Of a stretch of DNA of 64,000 bases, positions 13,001 to 25,000 are shown piece by piece (the first letter of the stretch is position 1; each line of letters begins with the position of its first letter). The DNA is from Malacoraja senta (Eukaryota). The stretch is from assembly GCA_038087875.1 (NCBI GenBank), contig CM075979.1, forward strand, positions 45,384,001 through 45,448,000. Direction: 5' to 3'. Made by a program: the position numbers and the translations under genes. The notes under the pieces are model-generated. The model was not told where the DNA came from. It saw only the letters and a program-made list of their open reading frames with translations, and did not search any database.

Positions 13001-16000
13001 TCCGGAGGTATGAACGCACCACAATAATTAAGGTCATTAAAATTGGTAAAAATGCATGACGACAATCAAAAGAAAATAGGAGGAATCACATTATGTAGTT
13101 GGAATATAAGGGGGATTAATGAACCTATTAAAAGGGGCAAGATACTAGCTCAGTTGAAATCATACAACACGGACATAGCGTTTCTACAGGAAACACATCT
13201 TAAACAGCAAGATCAGACAAGACTGAGGGCGAACTGGATAGGCCAAACATTTCACTCTTCATTTACCTCCAAATCTAGAGGTACTGCAATTATTATTCGT
13301 AAAGGAATTCCATTTAAATCAAAGAACACTATTTTAGATAAGGAAGGGAGATATCTTATAGTAGCAGGGGAGATCAATAACATGCCAATTACGCTGGTAA
13401 ATATATATGCGCCCAACTTTGATAACCCTCAATTTTTTAATAAAATTCTGAATATAATTGCAGAATCTAATTATCAAAATGTTATAATCGGAGGAGATTT
13501 TAATTGTGTTTTAGATCCTTATTTAGATAAATCGATGCAAAAACAAAAAGGTCAGACGAAATCTAAAACCAGTGAACTCTTACACACATATATGGAAAAC
13601 ACAAATATAACAGATGTATGGAGGATTGCAAACCCGACGGGAAGGGATTACTCGTTTTATTCAATGGTGCATAAAACATATTCACGGATAGACTATTTTC
13701 TAGTGGATACAAAATTAATTTCGCAATCTCTGAATCCTAAATATCATATTAATGCGATCTCAGATCATTCTCCGTTAACTTTTGTTCTAAAACTAGAAGG
13801 AATGTCTATGAATAAACCGTTCTGGAGGTTTAACTCACAAATTTTAAAAGACCCTCAAGGGAGTATCTATCTAAAAAAACAGATGGATCTATTTTTTGAG
13901 TTAAATGATACACCAGAGATATCCCCCACGTTATTATGGGAATCCTTCAAAGCATTTATAAGAGGAGTCATTATTTCATTTCAAGCCTATCAAAATAAAA
14001 AGAATAAGAATGAACAAAGACACTTAGAAGATCAAATAAAACAGTTAGATATAGATAATGCTAAAGACCCAACTATGGATAAACATAATAAAATACTACT
14101 ACTGAAATTTCAGTTAAATAAATTACTGTCAGAGAAAGTTATAACATTATTTCAAATCACAAAACAAGAACACTTCGAATTCGGGGACAAACCCCACAAA
14201 CTTCTAGCACGACAACTTAAAAAACGGGAAAAAGAGAATGCAATATTAAAGATTAAATCAGATAGAGGGGAAGTATTAACACTACCCAAGGATATTAATA
14301 AAAGATTTGCTCAATTTTACCAGAATCTATACACATCTAAAACGTCAATAGACAATAATAAAATCTCAGAATTTTTAGATAATTGTAATCTACCACAATT
14401 AGAACGCAGGGAACAAGAGGAACTGGGAGCACAAATTACTTCTAAGGAGATAGAAGACACAATAAAAACACTAAAAAATGGAAAAACACCAGGACCAGAC
14501 GGATTCAGTAATGAATTTTATAAATCTTTTTATGATATAGTTACTCCACGATTACAAAAAATGTATATATATGCTTATAAAGAGCAAAACCTACCTGAAA
14601 CACTAGCGGAATCAACGATCATATTAATACTTAAAAAAGATAAAAATATAGAAGAACCAGGATCATATAGAGCTATTGCTTTGTTAAATACGGATCAGAA
14701 AATAATAGCAAAAACATTAGCCAATAGATTAAGCAAGTATGTTAGTAGACTAATACATGAGGATCAAACAGGATTTATACCTAAGAGACACTCATTTAAT
14801 AATTTGAGACGTTTGCTTAACATAATGCATTCACATAAATCTTATGACGAAGAGTTAGCTATCATCTCACTGGACGCAGAAAAAGCGTTTGATCAAGTAG
14901 AATGGGACTATATGATCAAAGTATTGCAAAAATTCCAATTGGGAGAAAACTTTATTGCATGGATAAAACTACTATATAACAAACCTACGGCTAGAATACT
15001 AACTAATAATATATTATCTTCAAAATTCGAATTATCTAGGGGCAACAGACAAGGATGTTCACTATCACCGCTGTTATTTGCTTTGGTAATTGAACCCCTT
15101 GCTGAAAAAATAAGAACACACTCGAATATTCACGGTTATAACACAAAATATTCAAACAACAAACTATCCCTATATGCTGATGATGTACTACTGTACATCA
15201 CAAAACCACAAATTAGTATACCAAATATATTAAACTTAATTGAGGACTTTGGATCCTTTTCAGGATATAGAATAAATTGGAACAAAAGTGAAATTATGTC
15301 GATTAAACCAAAAGACTCAACACATCTCAGGAAATTCCCTTTTAAAATAGCTATGGAAAAATTCAAATATTTAGGAATTGAGATTACTAGAAATTACCAT
15401 GATATGTTTAAAGCTAATTATAATCCCCTACTTAAGAAATTAAATAATCTGATTAAATTTTGGAAAACACTTCCGATGTCCTTAATAGGTAGGATAAATG
15501 CTATAAAAATGATTTTCTTACCACAAATCCTTTACCTATTTCAATCAATACCTATATATCTCCCAAAAAAGTTTTTCAAAAAACTGGACTCAGACATTAC
15601 AAATTTTATATGGGATTACAAATCCCACAGAATACAAAGAACACACCTTAACAAACGAAAAGAGTTGGGGGGTCTAGCGCTCCCTAACTTTATGTATTAT
15701 AACTGGGCAGTAAATATTAAAAATATGATTCACCTGCTGGACAATTCTGCCCAGCAGGTGGACTGGATTATAATGGAAAAAGGGGATTGCTCCCCGAATA
15801 ATATAGGAGCGATTATTCTCTCTCCAATAAATTTGAATAATAAAAATTATAATAAAAATCCAATTATATATAGCACTATTAGAACATGGAAGCAAATAAA
15901 ACAGAATCTAAAATTAAGAAACCTATCTCTCTTAATACCAATAGTCAATAACCCATCGTTTAAACCTTCAATCATAGATAAAGCATTTATACAATGGGAA

Positions 16001-19000
16001 AGAATGGGAATTAAAACGCTCGAAGATCTGTATGAATTAGAAAAATTACTATCATTCCAACAACTACAACTGAAATATAATTTGAAAAATAATCAATATT
16101 TTAAATATATACAAATCTGTGACTATTTGAAAACACACACAAAAGATTATTATAATATGCCTTCCGACTTACTAGATGAAGCAATGAAGACAAAGGCGGA
16201 ATCAGTTAATTTAATATCATACTTATATAATATCATCTTAAATATAGAAATACCCACAACAGATGGAATTAGAAGAGATTGGGAACAAGATCTAGGTATA
16301 AAAATTTCAAAAGAGAGTTGGGATAATCATTTATTACAGGTGCATAAATGCTCGATCAACGTACGACATACGCTTATCCAATTTAAAACATTACATAGAT
16401 TATATTATTCAAAAACCAAACTAAATAAAATCTTTCCTAACGTCTCATCAATCTGTGATAAATGTATATGTCAAGAAGCTACCATAGCACATTCTTTTGT
16501 TTTTTGTACAAAAATCCAAAAATTCTGGTTTGAAATATTTGATATTTTTTCAAAATTAATCAAAATAAAACTGGTACCAAAACCAGAATGGATTATTTTT
16601 GGAATATCGGAAGGTATTCCTGAATTAAACGTGTATCAGAAGAATTTACTCAATTATGGGCTAATAATGGGAAAAAAGCTTATACTTAAATTCTGGAAAA
16701 CTGCGCCCACACCAACAATAAAAATGTGGACATCAAATATGTTGGAAACATTACATCTGGAAGAGATGAGATTCCTCCTAGTAGGTAAAGTAGATCAATT
16801 TCAAAAGACGTGGTCTACGTTTTTGGACCTATTACAAGCATGAGGTGCAATAGTAATTTAGAAAAACAAATAAATAAATAAAAGGTATCTGGACCTGGTA
16901 ATGGGAGGTAAAATAAAAACAGACTTGGTTGGTAGTTCCTTCTCTATGAAGTATGGTATAAGAGTTATAATAGAGCGATTGTTCCTTCTTTCTTTCTCTT
17001 TTTTTTTCTAGGGTCTATTTTCTAACTTTACTTCCTTCTCTAACCTCTTCTCTAAGGGGCTTTCTTTTCCCAACACTCTTTTGCACTTCACAACCTTTGC
17101 GCACTTTCTTCACTTTTCTTACTTCTTTCTTTTTCTTTCTTAAAGTTTAAAAAAATGAAGCGGTACAAAAAATGTATTAATATATACGTGTTGTACATTA
17201 CTGTAATCTACCGTACTTCTAAAAAATAAAAAAAAAAATAAAAAAAAAAAAAAAGATATTACCTGAGGTAACTTTGAGGACTGTAGTACGCATTTCAGAC
17301 CAAGTGGCGTCTGGAGTGTTTGATTTGTGTTCAATATTGATCTGAGCAGCATCGTCCGTGGATAAATTAGGCTGCACCTTAATACAGCAGTGAATGTGTG
17401 AAAGACCCGGATGGGTAGTTTGTAATTCAGGCTGATCTGCAGAGAAGGATTTATCTTGATTGCATGAATTCAGTTTAGTTAGGGGTTGTGTCACCCTTTT
17501 TGGTCCCTGCAATTGTTCTGCTGACAACTGCCAGTGAAATAATGTAATTGTTTTCTGCTCTGTCCTCTTCAGTGATATAACAATATCCATTGGCACCAGA
17601 GTAGTCATGGTCACATCCCAGCTCACATCAGCAGTTTCACCATGTACAACTTCATACTGATTCTTCATATCACTAATTGCAGGAGCTGAAAGATAGACAC
17701 AAACAAAATTAAATGCAATGTAAAGGTAATGTTCCATTTTACTCCATTATTGTCCAACACATTATTCCTTGCATATAATTTACAAACTTCATTCATTTAA
17801 ACTTAGTTTAGTTTAGAGATACAGCACGGGAACAGTTCTTCGACCCACAGAGTCCATGTCCACCAGTAACCACTCCATACACTAGTCCTATCCTAAACAC
17901 TGGGGGCATTTACAGAAGCCAGCACGTAACCCACTGAGTCCACAATGACCACCGATCACCCAGTAGTTTTGTGTTATCCCACTTTCTCATCGACTCCCTC
18001 CACACTAGGGGCAATTTCCAGAGGGCCAATTAACTGACAAACCCACACGTCTTAGGGATGTGTGAGGAAAACCATAGAAAACGATGTCAAGGTTTATGGG
18101 GAGGAAGCAAGTGATTGGGGTTGAGAGGGAAAGATAGATTAGCATGATTGAATGGCAGAGTAGACTTGAAGGGCCAAATGTGTAGTGTATGTAGGTAGAC
18201 AAATCTCCAGGGCCTGATCAGATATATCCGCGGACATTGTGGGAAACCAGAGAGGAAATTGTGGGAGCCCTGGTTGAAATTTACGAGTCTTCTTTAAATA
18301 CAGGAGAGGTGCCGGAAGACTGGAGGGTGCCTCTATTCAAGAAGGGCTGCAGGGAAAATGCTGGGATCTATAGGGCAGTGAGCTTAACATCTGTAGTTGG
18401 AAAGTTACTAGATAGTATTCTGAGGGATAGGATACACAGACATTTAGACGGACAAGGGCTGATTTGGGATAGTCAGCATGGTTTGTACGTGGGAGATTGT
18501 GTCTCAGAAATCTGATTGAGTTTTTTGAAGACGTGACCAAAAAGGTCGATGAGGGTAGAGCAGTAGATGTTTCATATATGAACTTCAGTGAAGCATTCGA
18601 CAAGGTTCCGCATAGTAGGCTGCTCTGGAAGGTTAGATCGCATGGGACCCAAGGAGAGATAGCTGAATGGATAGAAAATTGGCTTAATGGAAGGAAGCAT
18701 AGGGTGATGGTGGAAGGTTGCTTCTCAGATTGGAGGCCTGTGACTAGTGGTGTGCCTCAGGGTTCGGTGCTGGACCCGTTACTGTTTGTCATCTATGTTA
18801 ATGGTTTGGATAAGAACACACATGGCAAGATTAGCAAGTTTGATGATGATACAAAAGTGGGGGGTTTTGCAGATAGTGGATATGGTTGTGAAAAATTGCA
18901 GCAGGATCTTGATCAATTGTCCAGGTGAGCTGAGGAAGGGTTGATGGAATTTAATACAAAGAATTGTGAGAGTTACATTTTGTGAAGTCTAACGTTTGGG

Positions 19001-22000
19001 AGGATCTACACAGTGAATGGTAGGGCTCTAGGAAGTGTTGTAGAGCAGAGAGATCTAGGGGTGCAGGTGCATGGTTCCCTGAAGGTGGTCACAGGTAGAT
19101 AGGGTGGTCAAAATGGTGTTTGGCACATTGGCCTTCTTAAGACAGAGTATTGAGTATAGAATTTGGGAGGTCATGTTGCAGTTGTAGAAGATGTTGGTGA
19201 GGCCATATTTTGAGAAATGTGTTCAGTTCTGGGCACCATGTTATAGGAAATATGTTGTCAAGCTGGAAAGGGTACAGAGAAGATTTACAAGGATGTTGCC
19301 AGGGATAGATGGTCTGAGCTATAGGGGGAGGTTAAGTAGGCTGAGACTTTATTCCTTGGAGTGCAGGAGGATGAGGAGTGATCGTATTGAAGTGTACAAA
19401 ATCATGAGAGGAATAGATCTGTTGTAACTTTTTCACACAAAGGATTCTGGTTTATGGAACAAGCTGCCAGAGGAGGTAGTTGAGGCAGGGACTATCCCAA
19501 CATTTAAAAAACAGTTAGACAGGTACGAGGATAGGACAGGTATGGTGGGATATGGAACAAACGCGGGCAGGTGCGACTGGTGTAGCTGGGACATGTTCGC
19601 CCATGTGGACAAGTTGGGCCGAAGGTCCTGCTTCCACACTGTATCACTCTGTGACTCAATGACTCTGCAGTAAAATCACGTGGTTTACGTTCAGGTTTAT
19701 TAATGTCACATGTACTAAGATACAGTGAAAAGCTTTGTTTTGCAGGCAACCTACCAGGTCAGATGTACACAGACACAACATGCTGGAGTAACTCAATGGG
19801 TCAGGAGGCATCTCTGGATAGAAGGAATGGGTGATGTTTCGGGTGAGACACAGATCAGATGTACCAGGCATAAATGTGTGGGGATCCAAACAATAAATTT
19901 GGCATATTTGCTAATTTTCCTGATAGAAGTATATAAAATTAATCATGGATAGACTATCAGCAGCTTTTTCCCAGGATGGAAAAATCATATACTAGAGGGC
20001 ACAGCTTTAAGATGAGAAGGGCAAATGTTGAAGATGTGTGGGGTAGGTTTTATATACAGTGGATGGTGGGTGACTAGAATGCACGGCCAGGGGTGATGGT
20101 GGAGGCTGATACGACAGTAACGTTTAAGAGACTTTTGTATAGACACATGGATTCCCACCTGCTGAGGTTCCCACCTGCTTTAAAAGGGCATCACTTATAC
20201 TGGTGCCCAAGAAGAGCAAGGTGACGTGCCTCAACGACTATCGACCAGTGGCACTAATGTCTGTGGTGATGAAGTGCTTTGAGAGGTTGATCATGGCGCA
20301 AATCAACTCCTACATCGACAAAAACCAGGACCCACTGCAGTTCGCTTACCGCCACAACAGATCAAAGGTGGATTTTATCTTGCTGGCTCTCCACTCTGAT
20401 CTGGACCACTTGGACAACAAAAACTCATATGTCAGGCTGTTATTAATTGATTACAGCTCGGCATTTAATACAATCATCCCCTCCAAACTGGTTACCAAGC
20501 TCTCAGATCTGGGTCTCTGCGCATCCCTCTGCAATTGGATCCTCGACTTCCTCATTCAAAGATCACAGACTGTTCATATTGGTGGAAATGTGTCAGCCTC
20601 GATAACAATCAGCACGGGAGCACCTCAAGGCTGTGTGCTCAGTCCCTTGCTGTACTCACTCTATACTCATGACTGCGTAGCCGGTCATAGTGCGAACTCC
20701 ATCATCAAGTTCGCTGACGACACCACTGTTGTGGGACGTATCACTGATGGGGATGAGTCAGAGTATAGAAGTGAGATCGACCTACTGACCAAATGGTGCC
20801 AGCACATTAACCTGGCCCTCAACACCAGCAAAACCAAGGAACTGATGTGGACTTTGGAAGGGGTAGGATGGGGACCCACAGTCCCGTTTATATCAACGGG
20901 TCGATGGTAGAGAGGATCATGAGCTTCAAATTCCTGGACGTGCATATTTCTGAAGATCCCTCCTGGTCCGAGAACACTGATGCAATTATAAAGAAAGCAC
21001 ATCAGCACCTCTACTTCCTGAAAAGATTACGGAGAGTCGGTATGTCAAGGAGGACTCTCTCTAACGTCTACAGGTGCACAGTAGAGAGCATGCTGACCGG
21101 TTGCATCGTGGCTTGGTTCGGCAACTTGAGCGCCCAGGAGTGGAAAAGACTACAAAAAGTAGTAAACACTGCCCAGTCCATCATTGGCTCTGACCTCCCT
21201 ACCATCGAGGGGATCTACCGCAGTCGCTGCCTCAAAAAGGCTGGCAGTATCATCAAGGACCCACACCATCCTGGCCACACACTCATCTCCCTACTACCTT
21301 CAGGTAGAAGGTACAGGAGCCTGAAGACTGCAACGTCCAGGTTCAGGAATAGCTACTTCCCCACAGTCATCAGGCTATTAAACTCAACTGGAACAAATCT
21401 CTTAACATTAATAGACCATTATCTGTTTATTTGCACTTTATCTGCTTATTTATTGATGTGTGTATATATTTATATGATGGTATATGGACTCACTGATATG
21501 TTCTGTATTCATGCCTACTGTATTCTGTTGTGCTGAAGCAAAGCAAGAATTTCATTGTCCTATCTGGGACACATGACAATAAACTCTCTTGACTTGACTC
21601 TTGGATATGCTGGGAATTGAGGGATATGGGTTATGTGCAGTTAGCTAATTGATGTTCTTGGCATCATGTTCAGCACAGACATTGTGGGCTGAAGGGCCTG
21701 TTCCTGTGCTGTACAGTTCTATGATCCATGTTTCATAGTTGGCATATCACTTGGATCAAGTGATCGTCCTCTGTTTTTCGTGCGGATAGAACGGAAGAGT
21801 CCGGAAAATCCAAGGGTGGAGGGATTTGCTTCATGACCAACAACAACTGGTGCAACCATAAGGGTATTAAGATGCTTTCCCGTTCCTGCTTGTCGGACCT
21901 GGAGCATCTGACGATCTCATGCCGTCCATTCTACCTTCCCCGGGAGTTCAGCTGAGTCATCATAACAGCCGTCTACAAACCACCACATGCAGACACTGAC

Positions 22001-25000
22001 GCGGCACTATCGGTCCGACATCAATGTGTTATGTCGGCATCAGAACAAGCATCCTGATGCGGCTATGGTGGTGGCTGGGGGTTTTCATAGGGCGAACCTC
22101 AAAAATATTATAGCTAACTTCTGCCAACTCATCACGTGTGTCACCAGGGGGGAAAGAACTATGGACCACTGTTACACACCGTTCAAGAAAGGATACAAAC
22201 ACCGTACATCTTGAGGAAATGCGATTCCTCCTAATAGCTGAATTATACCAATTCTTAACGAGTTGGTCTCCATTTGTCGTCTTTTTGGAATCATATGGTG
22301 CAACACAATTGTAGAAGCTAACTGTTCCAGGACTGGGTGAGGGATGGTCAAGATTATAAATAATGATCTCCCTACTTTTATTTTGTTATTTTTTAATCTC
22401 TTTTTTCTATTTTCTTTTCTTCAATTTTCTTCTTTCACTCTTTTTTTCTTTTTCACACACTATATACCTCACGTTTTTCTATCTTTTATTATCTACTTTC
22501 TTTTTCTTATTCTTCTTTATTATAATAAAACAAATCAGAAGCTGTACATAAAATGCATTATGTCAATATATATTAGGCACTTTGGTGCCATATGATTGTA
22601 CTTACTTCTAATAAAATAAAAATATATTTTAAAAAAGGAAAGGATACAAGGCCGTTTCTCTCCCTCCTTTTGGAAAATCTGACCACGCTGCCATTTTCCT
22701 GCTGCCGGAGTATAAACATATAACCATATAACCATAAGAGCACGGAAACAGGCCATCTCGGCCCTTCAAGTCCGTGCCTAACACTTTTTTTTTTAATTAC
22801 TTCCCCCTAGTCCCATCTACCTGCACTCAGACCATAACCCTCCATTCCTTTCCCGTCCATATACCCATCCAATCTATTTTTAAAGGATAACATCGAACCT
22901 GCCTCCACCACTTCCACTGGAAGCTCATTCCACACAGCTACCACTCTCTGAGTAAAGAAGTTCCCCCTAATGTTACCCCTAAACTTCTGTCCCTTAATTC
23001 TCAAGTCATGTCCCCTTGTTTGAATCTTCCCTACTCTCAATGGGAAAAGCTTATCCACGTCCACTCTGTCTAACCCGCTCATAATTTTAAAGACCTCTAT
23101 CAAGTCCCCTCTTAACCTTCTGCGCTCCAAAGAATAAAGACCTAACTTGTTCAACCTTTCTCTGTAACTTAGTTGCTGAAACCCAGGCAACATTCTAGTA
23201 CATCTCCTCTGTACTCTCTCTATTTTGTTGACATCCTTCCTATAATTAGGCGACCAAAATTGTACTCCATAATCCAGAATTGGCCTCACCAATGCCTTGT
23301 ACAATTTTAACATTACATCCCAACTTCTATATTCAATGCTCTGATTTATAAAGGCCAGCACACCAAAAGCTTTCTTTACCACCCTATCTACATGAGATTC
23401 CACCTTCAGGGAACTATGCACAGTTATTCCTAGATCCCTCTGTTCAACTGCATTCCTCAATTCGCTACCATTTACCATGTACGTCCTATTTTGATTTGTC
23501 CTGCCGAGATGTAGCACCTCACATTTGTCAGCATTAAACTCCATCTGCCATCTTTCAGCCCACTCTTCCAAATGGCCTAAATCTCTCTGTAGACTTTGAA
23601 AATATTCTTCATTATCCACAACACCACCTATCTTAGTATCATCTGCATACTTACTAATCCAATTTTCCACACCATCATCCAGATCATTGATGTACATGAC
23701 AAACAACAGTGGACCCAACACAGACCCCTGAGGCACCCCACTAGTCACCGGCCTCCAACCTGACAAACAGCCATCCACCATTACTCTCTGGCATCTCCCA
23801 TTCAGCCACTGTTGAATCCATCTTGCTACTCCACCATTAATACCCAACAATTGAATCTTCTTAACCAACCTTCCATGAGGAACCTTGTCAAAGGCCTTAC
23901 TGAAGTCCATATAGACAACATCCACTGCTTTACCCTCATCAATTTCCCTAGTAACCTCTTCGAAAAATTCAAGAAGATTAGTCAAGCATGACCTTCTAGG
24001 CACAAATCCATGTTGACTGTTCCTAATCAGAACCTGCTTATCCAGATGCTTATATATATTATCTTTAAGTATCCTTTCCATTAATTTGCCCACCACTGAC
24101 GTCAAACTATCAGGTCTATAATTGCTAGGTTTACTCTTAGAACCCTTTTTAAACAACGGAACAACATGCGCAGTACGCCAATCCTCCGGCACTATTCCCG
24201 TTTCTAATGACATTTGAAATATTTCTGTCATAGCCCCTGCTATTTCTACACTAACTTCCCTCAATGTCCTCGGGAATATCCTGTCAGGACCTGGAGACTT
24301 ATCCATTTTCTTATTTTTCAAAAGTGTCCGCACCTCCTCTTCTTTGAATCTCACAGTTTCCATTGCTACTCTGCTTGTTTCCCTTACCTCACATAATTCC
24401 ATATCCTTCTCCTTGGTGAATACCGAAGAAAAGAAATTGTTCAATATCTTCCCCATCTCTTTTGGCTCTGCAGATAGCTGTCCACTCTGACTCTCTAATG
24501 GACCAATTTTATTTCTTGTTATCCTTTTGCTATTAATATAGCTGTAGAAACCCTTTGGATTTACTTTCACCGTACTTGCCAAAGCAACCTCATATCTTCT
24601 TTTAGCTTTTCTAATTTCTTTCTTAATATTCTTTTTACATTCTTTATACTCCTCAAGCACCTCATTTACTCCATGCTGCCTATAATTATTGTAGATCTCT
24701 CTTTTTTTCCGAACCGTGTCCAATTTCCCTTGAAAACCATGGCTCTTTCCAATTTTTACTATTTCTTTTCAACCGAACAGGGACATAAAGATTCTGTACT
24801 CTTAAAATTTCACCCTTAAATGTCCTCCATTTTTCTTCTACATCCTTCCCATAAAACAACATGTCCCAATTCACTCCTTTTAAATCCTTTCGCATCTCCT
24901 CAAAGTTAGCCTTTCTCCAAACAAAAATCTCAACCCTAGGTCCAGTTCTGACCCTCTCCATAATTATATTGAAACTAATGGTATTGTGATCACTGGACCC

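Larger units (their letters stand above)
10647..17253 (+). mobile_element. Full-length L1-clade LINE (6607 bp), both ORFs intact
   Basis: 15-bp TSD AGATATTACCTGAGG (10632-10646, 17254-17268), CpG-rich 5' UTR, ORF1, 1.2-kb inter-ORF region, ORF2, 3' UTR, poly(A) tail. Confidence 0.97.
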
